Shown: positions 36,715 to 46,208, counted from the stretch's first letter. The stretch is 64,000 nt of DNA from Verrucomicrobiota bacterium (GCA_030834165.1 JAURFU010000002.1:58609-122608), one strand, 5' to 3'. Made by a program: numbers and translations. The notes: generated by a model from the letters alone, not told the origin.

Positions 36715-38343
36715 ATGCGCCCCCTGCTCGCCCTGCTCCTCGCCACCCTCTCGGTCCTCGCCGCCCCCCGGCGCCCCAACGTCGTGCTCATCCTCGCCGA
36801 CGACCTCGGCTACTCCGACCTCGGCTGCTATGGCGGCGAGATCGCGACGCCCAACCTCGACGGCCTGGCGAAGAACGGCCTGCGGTTCACCCAGTTCTAC
36901 AACACCGCGCGTTGCTGGCCGTCGCGTGGCGCCCTGCTTTCGGGTTACTACGCCCAGCAGATCCACCGTGACGCGCTCCCCGGCCTCGGCGGCGGCGGCC
37001 AGGGCGTCCGTCAGTCCTGGGCCCGCCTGCTGCCTGATTTCCTCAAATCCTCCGGGTACCGCAACTACCACAGCGGCAAGTGGCACATCGACGGCCCCGT
37101 GCTGGCGGCCGGCTTCGACCGTTCGCTGGACATGAAGAACCAGGGCAACTTCTTCACGTCCAAGGGTAACTCCATCGATGACGTCGCCGTCAAAGTCCCG
37201 GCCGGCGAGCAGGGCTACTACGCCACGATCGCCACGGCCGACCATGCCATCGACTGCCTCAAGGACCATGCGGCCAATCATGCGGAGAAGCCTTTCTTCC
37301 ATTACGTGGCCTTCATCGCGCCGCACTTCCCCCTGCACGCCCTGCCGGAGGACATCGCCAAATACCGGGACAAGTATCTCGCCGGCTGGGACCGCATGCG
37401 CGCCGATCGTCACGCGCGCATGAAGGCGGCCGGCATCACCAACACCCCGCTGTCGGCCGTCGAACGTGAGGTCGGCCCTCCCTACGCCTTCCCCGCGGCC
37501 ATCGAGCGGCTCGGCGCCGGCGAGGTGAACCGTCCGCTGCCCTGGGACGAGCTCACCGACGAGCAGCGTCGCTTCCAGGCCACGAAGATGGCCATCCATG
37601 CCGCCATGGTGGATCGCATGGACCAGGAGATCGGCCGCATCATCACCCAGCTGAAGACGATGGGAGCCTACGAGAACACCCTCATCCTCTTCGCCTCCGA
37701 CAACGGCGCGAGCGCCGAGATCATGGTGCGCGACGGAGGGCACGACCCCAAGGCCGAGATGGGCTCCGCCGCCTCCTACCTCTGCCTCGGACCCGGCTTC
37801 TCCAACGCCTGCAACACCCCGCACCGCCGGCATAAGACCTGGGTGCACGAGGGCGGCATCAGCACGCCGCTCATCGCCCATTGGCCCGCCGGCATCGCCG
37901 CCCAAGGCGAGCTCCGCACGACCCCCGCGCACGTCATCGACGTCGCCCCGACCATCCTCGAACTCACCGGGACGACCAAACCCGCTGACTGGAAAGGCGT
38001 GCCGATTCCCGCCGCCCCGGGCAAGAGCCTGGCGCCCGCGTTCGCCAAGGAAGTCACGATCGAACGCTCCAGCCTCTGGTGGCTGCACGAGGAGAACAAG
38101 GCCATCCGCGTCGGCGACTTCAAGCTCGTCGCCGCCAAGGGAGACGCCTGGGCCCTCTACGACCTGAGGACGGACCGCGCCGAACAGCATGACCTGTCCG
38201 CCAAGATGCCCGACAAAGCCAAGGAACTGGCCGACCTCTGGCAGAAGCAGACCGACGAACACGTCGCCCTCGCGAAGCTGACCCTCGCCGAACAACCGAA
38301 AGGCAAGGCCGGCAAGAACAACGCCAAGAAGAAGGCGAAGTGA
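36715..38343 (+). CDS. Secreted arylsulfatase-type Cys sulfatase
   Basis: In-frame ATG 36715; the long track ORF from 36286 overlaps the upstream gene. It has a signal peptide, PNVVLILADDLGYSDLGCYGGEI, CWPSRGALLSGY, GKWHI and ASDNGAS. It is a paralog of 55198..56772. The tail is PKGKAGKNNAKKKAK. Confidence 0.9.
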   Translation: MRPLLALLLATLSVLAAPRRPNVVLILADDLGYSDLGCYGGEIATPNLDGLAKNGLRFTQFYNTARCWPSRGALLSGYYAQQIHRDALPGLGGGGQGVRQSWARLLPDFLKSSGYRNYHSGKWHIDGPVLAAGFDRSLDMKNQGNFFTSKGNSIDDVAVKVPAGEQGYYATIATADHAIDCLKDHAANHAEKPFFHYVAFIAPHFPLHALPEDIAKYRDKYLAGWDRMRADRHARMKAAGITNTPLSAVEREVGPPYAFPAAIERLGAGEVNRPLPWDELTDEQRRFQATKMAIHAAMVDRMDQEIGRIITQLKTMGAYENTLILFASDNGASAEIMVRDGGHDPKAEMGSAASYLCLGPGFSNACNTPHRRHKTWVHEGGISTPLIAHWPAGIAAQGELRTTPAHVIDVAPTILELTGTTKPADWKGVPIPAAPGKSLAPAFAKEVTIERSSLWWLHEENKAIRVGDFKLVAAKGDAWALYDLRTDRAEQHDLSAKMPDKAKELADLWQKQTDEHVALAKLTLAEQPKGKAGKNNAKKKAK

Positions 38344-38378
38344 CCTCTGTCATCTGTCATCTGTCATCTGTCATCTCC
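38344..38378 (+). repeat. Tandem heptamer array (CATCTGT)n immediately upstream of a start codon
   Basis: CCTCTGT CATCTGT CATCTGT CATCTGT CATCTCC, ending 6 nt before ATG 38385. The same unit and about 24 nt of near-identical sequence recur at 49437-49471. Confidence 0.85.
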
Positions 38379-38384
38379 ATCCTC

Positions 38385-39512
38385 ATGCGCCCCCTCCTCG
38401 CCCTCCTTCTGCTCGCTCCGTTTGCCGCCTTGACCGCCGCGGATGCTCCGAAAGCGAAGCAAGCCCCCAAGAAACAGGATCGTCCGACGCCGCCGACGCG
38501 CGCCTTCGACGCCCCGGGCGCGCCGAAATTCGTCCGGCTCGACGGTAAGACGACCCTCGAAGACGGCAACTACCTCATCGGGCCGGATTACGTCGCCGCC
38601 CCGGAGACCAAGGTCGTCGCCGGCGCGCCGCAGGGCAAGATCCGGCAGTTCCAGATCGATTCGAAGACCACGCAGCGCTTCAACCCGGGCATCGCCCGCG
38701 AGGAGTTCGGCGTACCTGACCCGAACAACCCCAAGACGCTCATCGTGAAGACGCACACGATCGACTACAAGCGCACCATCACCGTCTACGTACCGGCGCA
38801 ATACGTCCCCGGCACCGCCGCCCCGCTCCTCGTCACCCATGACGGCCCCGGACTCGGCAAGACCGACCAGAACACCGCGCGCATCCTTGATAACCTGATC
38901 GCCCAGAAGCGCATCCCCGCCCTCATCATGGTCCAGATCGCCAACGGCGGCGGTGACGCCCAGGGCCACGAACGCGGCAAGGAATACGACACCATGTCCG
39001 GGCTCTACGCGGAATACATCCAGCATGAGGTCCTGCCGCTAGTCGAAAAGAACTATGGCGTGAAGTTCACGTCCGACCCCGACGGCCGCGCCACGATGGG
39101 CACGAGCTCCGGCGGCTCGGCCGCCCTCATCATGGCCTGGTATCACCCCGAGTGGTTCCGCCGGGTGCTCACGCTTTCGGGCACCTTCGTGAACCAGCAG
39201 TGGCCCTTCGACCCGAAGACCCCGGGCGGGGCCTGGGATTTCCACGAGACCCTCATCCCGCAGAGCGAGCGTAAGCCCATCCGCCTCTACATGGCCGTCG
39301 GCGACCGCGACAATTTCAACCCCAACGTCATGCGCGACGGCATGCATGATTGGGTCGAAGCCAACCATCGCATGGCGCACGTGCTGAAGGCCAAAGGCTA
39401 CGCCTACCAATACTACTTCTGCCAGAACTCCGGCCACGGCATCGGCAACGCCCGCCCCCAGATCCTGCCCTCCGCCCTCGAGTGGCTCTGGAAGGGCTAC
39501 CAGCCGCGCTGA
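38385..39512 (+). CDS. Secreted esterase (putative esterase / esterase D - enterochelin esterase-like family)
   Basis: It has a signal peptide, ITVYVPAQYVPGTAAPLLVTHDGPG, the nucleophile elbow GTSSGG and a C-terminal GHG. Confidence 0.75.
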   Translation: MRPLLALLLLAPFAALTAADAPKAKQAPKKQDRPTPPTRAFDAPGAPKFVRLDGKTTLEDGNYLIGPDYVAAPETKVVAGAPQGKIRQFQIDSKTTQRFNPGIAREEFGVPDPNNPKTLIVKTHTIDYKRTITVYVPAQYVPGTAAPLLVTHDGPGLGKTDQNTARILDNLIAQKRIPALIMVQIANGGGDAQGHERGKEYDTMSGLYAEYIQHEVLPLVEKNYGVKFTSDPDGRATMGTSSGGSAALIMAWYHPEWFRRVLTLSGTFVNQQWPFDPKTPGGAWDFHETLIPQSERKPIRLYMAVGDRDNFNPNVMRDGMHDWVEANHRMAHVLKAKGYAYQYYFCQNSGHGIGNARPQILPSALEWLWKGYQPR

Positions 39513-39595
39513 CCTTACGGCTTACCAGGGAACACGACGGGCCTCGGAACGGAGTTGCAGGTCCGGCGTGACCTGCTGACATCGGGGACATCCCC

Positions 39596-41665
39596 ATGCG
39601 CACCCTGCTGCTCACCCTGCTCGGCCTGACCGCCGCCCTCCCCGCCCAGGACATCGTCATCTACGGCGGCACCTCCGGCGGCATCACCGCCGCCATCCAG
39701 GCCGCCCGCGAGGGCCGCACGGCGGTCCTCATCGAGCCGACGAAGTTCCTCGGGGGCCTGACCACCGGCGGCCTCGGCGCCACCGACATCGGCAACAAGA
39801 AGGCGATCGGCGGGCTGTCCCGCGAATTCTATGCGGCCATCGGGAACTATTACGCCAAGGACGACAAGTGGGTGCACCAGACCCGTGCCGAATACTTCGC
39901 CCGCCGCCCCCACGGCAACGCCGCCGACGAGGGTACGATGTGGACCTTCGAACCCCACGTGGCCACCGCGGTCTACGAGCAGATGCTCAAGGCCGCCGGC
40001 GACAAGGTGACCGTGGTCTTCGGCGAACGTCTCGACCTGAAGAAGGGCGTGGTCAAGGACGGCACCCGCATCGTGAAGATCGTCATGGAGAGCGGCCGCG
40101 AGTTCACGGGCAAGATGTTCATCGACGCCACCTACGAAGGCGACCTGATGGCCAAGGCCGGCGTGAGCTACCACGTCGGCCGTGAAGCCAACTCGGTCTA
40201 CGGCGAGACGCTCAACGGCGTCCAGGTGGGCCACGCGAGGTCCCACCAGTTCAAGGTGAACGTGGATCCCTACGTGAAGAAAGGCGATCCCGCCAGCGGG
40301 CTGCTGCCCGGTATCGAGAAGGAGATCCCCGGCCCCGACGGCTCGGGCGACCGCAAGGTCCAGGCCTACAACTTCCGCATGTGCACGACGGACGTCCCGG
40401 CCAACCGCCGCGACTGGGAGAAGCCGGCCAACTACGACGAGCGCTGGTATGAGCTCGCGCTACGCAACGTCGAAGCCGGCGAAGACCGCAACTCCTGGGC
40501 GCCGACGCCGATGCCCAACCGCAAGACCGATACGAACAACAATTTCGCGATCAGCACCGACTTCATCGGCCAGAACTGGGACTACGCCGAAGCCGACTAC
40601 GCCACCCGCGCCAGGATCTGGCAGGCGCACGAAGACTGGCAGAAGGGCCTGATGTGGACCTACGCGCACCATCCGCGCGTGCCGGAAAAGATGCGACTCG
40701 CCTTCCAGAAACTCGGCCTGGCCAAGGATGAGTTCCTCGACAACGGCAACTGGCCCCGCCAGCTCTACGTCCGCGAGGCCCGACGCATGGTCTCCGACTA
40801 CGTGATGTCCGAGAAGAACTGCCGCCGCACCGAAGTCATCGAGGACTCCGTCGGCATGGGCGCCTACAACATGGATTCGCACCACATCCAACGCTTCGTG
40901 ACGAAGGAAGGCTTCGTGCGCAACGAAGGCGACGTCCAGGTGGGCAGCAAGCCCTACCCCGTCAGCTACCGCAGCATCCGCCCGCGCGCTTCCGAATGCA
41001 CCAACCTGCTCGTGCCGGTCTGCCTGAGCGCGAGCCATATCGCCTACGGCTCGATCCGCATGGAACCGGTCTTCATGGTCATGGGTCAGTCCGCCGCCAC
41101 CGCGGCCGGCCTCGCCATCGAGCGCGGCACCACCGTCCAGGCCGTCGACTACGGCGCCCTCAAGGAACGCCTCCTCGCGTCCGGCCAGATGCTCGACTTC
41201 GTCGCCGCGCCTTCCGTCGGCGGCGGTCACGGCCTCGATAAGTCGAAGCTACCCGGCATCGTCGTCGACGACGGCGAAGCCGTGCTCAAGGGCTTCGACC
41301 AGACCGGGCATGTCTCGGGCAACTATGTCGGCGACGGCTACCGTCACGATGGCAACGCCGAAAAAGGAGCGATGTCCGCCCGCTTCACCCCTGCCCTGCC
41401 CGCCGCCGGCAAATATCTCGTCGCCGTGAGCTACAGCGTGAACGGCAACCGCGCCACCAACGTCCCGGTCACCATCCATCACGCGGGTGGCGAGTCCAAG
41501 GTCCTCGTGAACCAGAAACTCGCTCCCAAGGGCGACGGCCCCTTCCATGTCGTCGGCACCTTCGAATTCGCCGCCGGCAAGGACGGCTGGGTCGAAGTCG
41601 CCAACGCCGGCACCGACGGCCACGTGATCGTCGACGCCGTGCAATGGCTGCCAGCCAAGCGATGA
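39596..41665 (+). CDS. Secreted FAD-dependent oxidoreductase with C-terminal beta-sandwich domain; paralog B
   Basis: It has a signal peptide, DIVIYGGTSGGITAAIQAAREGRTAVLIEP...GGLTTGG and FIDATYEGDLMAKAG. The C-terminal domain GDGYRHDGN...HVIVDAVQWLP is collinear with 12489..14549. Confidence 0.85.
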   Translation: MRTLLLTLLGLTAALPAQDIVIYGGTSGGITAAIQAAREGRTAVLIEPTKFLGGLTTGGLGATDIGNKKAIGGLSREFYAAIGNYYAKDDKWVHQTRAEYFARRPHGNAADEGTMWTFEPHVATAVYEQMLKAAGDKVTVVFGERLDLKKGVVKDGTRIVKIVMESGREFTGKMFIDATYEGDLMAKAGVSYHVGREANSVYGETLNGVQVGHARSHQFKVNVDPYVKKGDPASGLLPGIEKEIPGPDGSGDRKVQAYNFRMCTTDVPANRRDWEKPANYDERWYELALRNVEAGEDRNSWAPTPMPNRKTDTNNNFAISTDFIGQNWDYAEADYATRARIWQAHEDWQKGLMWTYAHHPRVPEKMRLAFQKLGLAKDEFLDNGNWPRQLYVREARRMVSDYVMSEKNCRRTEVIEDSVGMGAYNMDSHHIQRFVTKEGFVRNEGDVQVGSKPYPVSYRSIRPRASECTNLLVPVCLSASHIAYGSIRMEPVFMVMGQSAATAAGLAIERGTTVQAVDYGALKERLLASGQMLDFVAAPSVGGGHGLDKSKLPGIVVDDGEAVLKGFDQTGHVSGNYVGDGYRHDGNAEKGAMSARFTPALPAAGKYLVAVSYSVNGNRATNVPVTIHHAGGESKVLVNQKLAPKGDGPFHVVGTFEFAAGKDGWVEVANAGTDGHVIVDAVQWLPAKR

Positions 41666-41737
41666 GCCGTAACTTTCACCTAAAGTCAGGGTTCTCCGTC
41701 CTGGCGGGCCCGACAAAGCAAAACCCCTAAACCACCG

Positions 41738-42274
41738 ATGAGATCATCCACCCTCCTTAGCTGGACGATCATCCCAGCGTGCTCGTTGCTCGCGGCCGAC
41801 GTTCCGACGACGACCGCCAAGCCGACTGAGGCCACCGACCCGCGCAAGGTCGCCCTCCTCAGGCGAATCATGACGGCGGCGGACAAGAACAGGGACGGCC
41901 GGCTCTCCGTCGCCGAATTCAAGACGCTGGACGCCCAGGCCCTGCACCACGGGCAGGAGCACTTCGGGCAAGGCGACACCAACCAAGATGGCTTCATCGA
42001 CAGCGACGAACTCCCGGGGTCACTCCGGAAACAGACCTGGTTCGCCATCCTCAGCGAAGGAACCGAAGCCTGCTTCAAACGACTGGACTCGAACCAAGAC
42101 GCAAAACTGGACGTCAAAGAGTTCCGCCTTGTCTCCAAGATGGGCGCGCACACCGAGCAGCACTTCAAGGGAGCCGACTCCGACAAGGACGGTTTCTTGG
42201 GTATCGCCGAACTCGGCGGCCTCGCTGAACGCAAACTCAAAGCCCTCGAAGGCGCTTCACCCAAAACGAAGTAA
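41738..42274 (+). CDS. Secreted protein with four EF-hand Ca-binding loops
   Basis: It has a signal-like N-terminus and four canonical 12-residue loops: DKNRDGRLSVAE, DTNQDGFIDSDE, DSNQDAKLDVKE and DSDKDGFLGIAE. Confidence 0.8.
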   Translation: MRSSTLLSWTIIPACSLLAADVPTTTAKPTEATDPRKVALLRRIMTAADKNRDGRLSVAEFKTLDAQALHHGQEHFGQGDTNQDGFIDSDELPGSLRKQTWFAILSEGTEACFKRLDSNQDAKLDVKEFRLVSKMGAHTEQHFKGADSDKDGFLGIAELGGLAERKLKALEGASPKTK

Positions 42275-42369
42275 GCCGCATACCTACGGACTAAGAACCT
42301 GGCTGGACATCCGGCCTCGGCGTACGAATCAGGCTGCTTCCAAGGACAATCAAAAGCCCCCCTCACCCC

Positions 42370-43719
42370 ATGAACCCCCGCGCCCTCCTGACCGGTTTAG
42401 CCTGCCTCTGCGCCACGCTGACGTCCGCCGCCAAGCAGCCTGATATCGTCTTCCTGCTCATCGACGACCTCGGCTACGCGGACTGCGGCTTCAACGGCGG
42501 CATGCAGATCAAGACCCCGAACATCGACCGGCTCGCCAAGAGCGGCGCGATCATCGAAAACCATTACGTCCAGCCGGTCTGCTCGCCGACCCGCGCCACG
42601 CTGATGACAGGGCGATATCCCACGCGCACCGGCGTCTACACGATCGTCTCTCCCGGCGCGCCTTGGGGCCTGCCGCTCGCCGAACGCACGCTGGCCGACG
42701 CCCTCCGCTCCGCCGGCTATCGCACGGCGATCACCGGCAAATGGCACCTCGGGGAATTCGAGAAAGCCTACCAGCCGAACGCCCGCGGCTTCGACCACCA
42801 ATACGGACACTTCTTCGGGATGCTCGATTACTTCACCCACGAGCGCATGAACAAGCTCGACTGGTATCGGCAAGGCGAACCGCTGAAAGAAGAAGGCTAC
42901 ACCACGCACCTGATGACGGCGGAAGCCTGCAAGGTCATCGCGACGACCGACGCCGCCAAGCCCCTCTTCCTCTATGTGCCTTTCAACGGCGTCCACAGCC
43001 CTTTCCAGGTTCCCGACCCATACCTGAAGCCCTACGGAGACCTGAAAGGCAACCGACAGAAGCTGGCCGGCATGCTCGCCGCCGTCGACGAAGCCGTCGG
43101 CAAGATCGAGGACGCGCTCAGGAAAGCCGGCCGCCTGGAGAACACGCTCATCGTCTTCTCCAGCGACAACGGCGGCCCGCCGCCCGGAGACAACACCCCG
43201 CTCCGCGACTTCAAAGGCTCGATCTACGAGGGAGGCACCCGCGCCGCGGCCTTCGCCACCTGGCCCGGCCGCATTCCCGCCGAACAACGTCTCCGCCAAC
43301 CGATGCACATGGTCGATTGGTACCCGACGCTCATCCGGCTCGCCGGCGGCTCGCTCGAACAGAAGCTGCCGATCGACGGCCTCGACGTCTGGCCGATGCT
43401 GACGAAAGGCGCGCCCTCGCCGCACGACGCCATCCTCTCCGTCTCGACCCAAGGTCCGACGCGCGCCGCCGTCCGCATGGGCGATTGGAAGCTGATCGTC
43501 AGCGGCGACGCCGACGGCGAGGACGACGGTGCTTCGAAAACGAAGAAGAAAGGCAAGGCGGCCGCCGGGAAATACGATTCGGTCGCGCTCTATGACCTCT
43601 CCGCCGATCCGTCCGAATCCAAGAATTTGGCCGCGGCGCAACCCGAACGGGTCAGAGCGATGCGCGCCCGGCTCGCCGAACTGCTCAAGGACGCCGTGCC
43701 CTCGGGCGTGAAGAAATGA
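42370..43719 (+). CDS. Secreted Cys-type sulfatase
   Basis: It has a signal peptide, PDIVFLLIDDLGYADCG, CSPTRATLMTGR, GKWHLG and SSDNGG. It has an internal Lys-rich stretch SKTKKKGKAAAGK. Confidence 0.9.
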   Translation: MNPRALLTGLACLCATLTSAAKQPDIVFLLIDDLGYADCGFNGGMQIKTPNIDRLAKSGAIIENHYVQPVCSPTRATLMTGRYPTRTGVYTIVSPGAPWGLPLAERTLADALRSAGYRTAITGKWHLGEFEKAYQPNARGFDHQYGHFFGMLDYFTHERMNKLDWYRQGEPLKEEGYTTHLMTAEACKVIATTDAAKPLFLYVPFNGVHSPFQVPDPYLKPYGDLKGNRQKLAGMLAAVDEAVGKIEDALRKAGRLENTLIVFSSDNGGPPPGDNTPLRDFKGSIYEGGTRAAAFATWPGRIPAEQRLRQPMHMVDWYPTLIRLAGGSLEQKLPIDGLDVWPMLTKGAPSPHDAILSVSTQGPTRAAVRMGDWKLIVSGDADGEDDGASKTKKKGKAAAGKYDSVALYDLSADPSESKNLAAAQPERVRAMRARLAELLKDAVPSGVKK

Positions 43720-45152
43720 AAGCCTGGCGCCTGCTCCTGCTGTTGTTCGGCGCGATCCTCTCCGCCGGGGCCGCCGAGGGCAGGCGGCCGAACATCGTGT
43801 TCGTGCTGATCGACGACATGGGCTGGGGCGACTTCTCCTGCTTCGGCAACCAGGAGGCGAAGACGCCGAACATCGACCGGCTCGCCGCCGAAGGCCGTCG
43901 CTTCTCCCAGTTCTACGTCAACTCGCCGATCTGCTCCCCCTCCCGCTGCGCCTTCGTGACGGGCCAGTATCCGCAACGCTGGCGCATCGGCTCGTACCTC
44001 GCGCACCGCGCCGAGAACACCCGGCGCGGCATCGCCCAGTGGCTCGACCCGCAGGCGCCTTCGCTGGCCCGCACGCTGCAGGCCGCCGGCTATGCGACGG
44101 GCCACTTCGGCAAATGGCACCTCGGCGGCCAACGCGACGTCGACGACGCCCCCGCGATCTCCGCGTATGGCTACGACGCGTCATTGACGAACTTCGAAGG
44201 GATGGGGCCGAAGCTCCTGCCCCTGACGCGCAAGCCCGGCGACGCGGAGCCGAAGAAGATCTGGGCCGACGCCGAACGTCTCGGCGGTCCGGTCACCTGG
44301 ATGGACCGCGCCGTGATCACGACGGGCTATGCCGACGCGGCCCTGAAGTTCATCGACCAGGCCGCGGCGAAAGGGCGGCCCTTCTACGTCGACCTCTGGC
44401 CGGACGACGTCCACAGCCCTTACTTCCCCCCGCTCGCAAAGTGGTCGCCGGAGAAACACCGCATCTACCTCGCCGTGCTCGAGGAGATGGACCATCAGCT
44501 CGGCCGCCTCTGCGAGCGTGTCCGGTCCGACCCCGCCCTGCGCGACAACACGGTCGTCGTCATCTGCTCCGACAACGGACCTGAACCCGGTGCGGGCAGC
44601 GCCGGACCTTTCCGCGGGAAGAAGACCCAGCTCTACGAAGGAGGCCTCCGTTCCTCGCTCGTGGTCTGGGCCCCTGGCCTGATGGCGCAAGGCCAGGCCG
44701 GCCAGCTCGACCAGACGGCCGTCTTCGCCGCGATGGACCTTGCTCCGACGCTGCTTTCCCTCGCCGGAGTCCGTCCGCCGGAAGGCCTCGACGGCGTCGA
44801 CCTGTCGAAGACGCTGCTCGGGAAAGAATCCCGTTCCCACCCGGGGCCGATCTTCTGGCGCCGACCGCCCGACCGGAAGACCTGGTCGCCCGCCCTGCCC
44901 GACCCCCAGCCGGACCTGGCCGTCCGCGAGGGTGACTGGAAACTGCTCTGCGAATACGACGGCTCGAAGACCTTGCTGTATGACCTCGCCAAGGATCCCG
45001 GCGAGACGAACGACCTCGCCGCCAAGGAGCCCGCGGTCACCGCGCGGCTCACGGCCGCCTTGCTTGAGTGGCATCGGGCGATGCCGGCTGACAACGGGCC
45101 GCAGCTCGGAGCCAATCCGCCACCCGGCGGCGCGAAGAAGAAAAAGAAGTGA
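43716..45152 (+). CDS. Secreted Cys-type sulfatase
   Basis: The start overlaps the upstream stop as ATGA. It has a signal peptide, PNIVFVLIDDMGWGD, CSPSRCAFVTGQ, GKWHLG and CSDNG. The tail is GGAKKKKK. Confidence 0.9.
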   Translation: MKAWRLLLLLFGAILSAGAAEGRRPNIVFVLIDDMGWGDFSCFGNQEAKTPNIDRLAAEGRRFSQFYVNSPICSPSRCAFVTGQYPQRWRIGSYLAHRAENTRRGIAQWLDPQAPSLARTLQAAGYATGHFGKWHLGGQRDVDDAPAISAYGYDASLTNFEGMGPKLLPLTRKPGDAEPKKIWADAERLGGPVTWMDRAVITTGYADAALKFIDQAAAKGRPFYVDLWPDDVHSPYFPPLAKWSPEKHRIYLAVLEEMDHQLGRLCERVRSDPALRDNTVVVICSDNGPEPGAGSAGPFRGKKTQLYEGGLRSSLVVWAPGLMAQGQAGQLDQTAVFAAMDLAPTLLSLAGVRPPEGLDGVDLSKTLLGKESRSHPGPIFWRRPPDRKTWSPALPDPQPDLAVREGDWKLLCEYDGSKTLLYDLAKDPGETNDLAAKEPAVTARLTAALLEWHRAMPADNGPQLGANPPPGGAKKKKK

Positions 45153-45155
45153 GGC

Positions 45156-46208
45156 CTACTTGCCGGCCTTGACCTGCTCGCCCGCGAGCGCGTCGAGGTG
45201 CGCGAAGCCAGGAGCGGGCATGTCCATCCGCCCGGCCAGCCAAGCGTAAGCGGCCTTCAAGGCAGGCCACGTCGGCTGGTGGCCCGAATGATGGTCGAAC
45301 ATCTCGATGCCGCCCGGCTGGCCTGTGAGTTCACGGGTCTTGCGGGCCGCCGCCAACAAAGGACCCGCCGTCGCCTCGCTGTCATATTGCCCGGCGATGA
45401 GGAAGAAAGGCGACGGGCTCGCGGCGAGCAGCTGTTCCTGCGAAAGTCCTTCCGCCCGCATGGCCTGCAGCTTGCCGCCGAAATACCAAGCGTCGCCCCA
45501 GTTGGAAGAATCCCACGCCAGACCGAAATCACTCGCGACGATCGCCTTGAAACGCGGATCCAAGCAGCCGGCATAGAAGGCCATCTTGCCGCCGAGCGAA
45601 TGCCCCATCACCGCGAGACGGGCCGGGTCGACCTGCGCATCCGCCGCCAGGAGGTCGGCGGCCAGCCGGGTGTCGTGGGTGAGCCTGCCCATGCCCGTCC
45701 AGCCGGGCTCCAGCCGGGCGAGCTTGGACGCGGCGTCTCGCCAGACTCCCATCCCGCCCTTGCTCGCCTTCTGCTCTTCCGGCGTCAGCAGGTTGAACGG
45801 ATAGGCTTCGACCGCCGCTACGACATAGCCCAGTCGCACGAGATGCAGGGCGAAGAAGGCGGTGTTACGCTCGGGGCCCAGACGTTGCTTCGTCCTGAGA
45901 TCATACCCGCACATCCGATCCGGGTCGTAGAACGGCACCACCACCCCGGCGGAGCGGCCGGCGAGTCCCTTGGGCTTCATGACGAGGACCCGCTGCCAGG
46001 TCAGCTTGTCCGTTCGCTGACGAAACAGCTGGGCCTTGAAATCAGGCGTCTCGAACGACTCGACGAGTTCGGAGGGCGGAGCCCCGGCAAAATAAGCCGA
46101 AGACGGCGAACCAAGGGCCTCCGCCCACCGGCCCTTCGGGGGCGGTGCTTGCTCGGCCGCGGACAGTCCCGCGGCGATAAGAGAGAAAATGAAGGCTGCC
46201 CGGGGCAC
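45156..46208 (-). CDS. Secreted alpha/beta hydrolase (esterase); the only minus-strand gene
   Basis: GTG start at 46208. It has the signal peptide MPRAAFIFSLIAAGLSAAEQ and the nucleophile elbow GHSLGG in MGHSLGGKMAFYAG. The overlapping + strand ORF 45198..46298 is Arg/Pro-rich low complexity with no motifs. Confidence 0.8.
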   Translation of the reverse strand: MPRAAFIFSLIAAGLSAAEQAPPPKGRWAEALGSPSSAYFAGAPPSELVESFETPDFKAQLFRQRTDKLTWQRVLVMKPKGLAGRSAGVVVPFYDPDRMCGYDLRTKQRLGPERNTAFFALHLVRLGYVVAAVEAYPFNLLTPEEQKASKGGMGVWRDAASKLARLEPGWTGMGRLTHDTRLAADLLAADAQVDPARLAVMGHSLGGKMAFYAGCLDPRFKAIVASDFGLAWDSSNWGDAWYFGGKLQAMRAEGLSQEQLLAASPSPFFLIAGQYDSEATAGPLLAAARKTRELTGQPGGIEMFDHHSGHQPTWPALKAAYAWLAGRMDMPAPGFAHLDALAGEQVKAGK

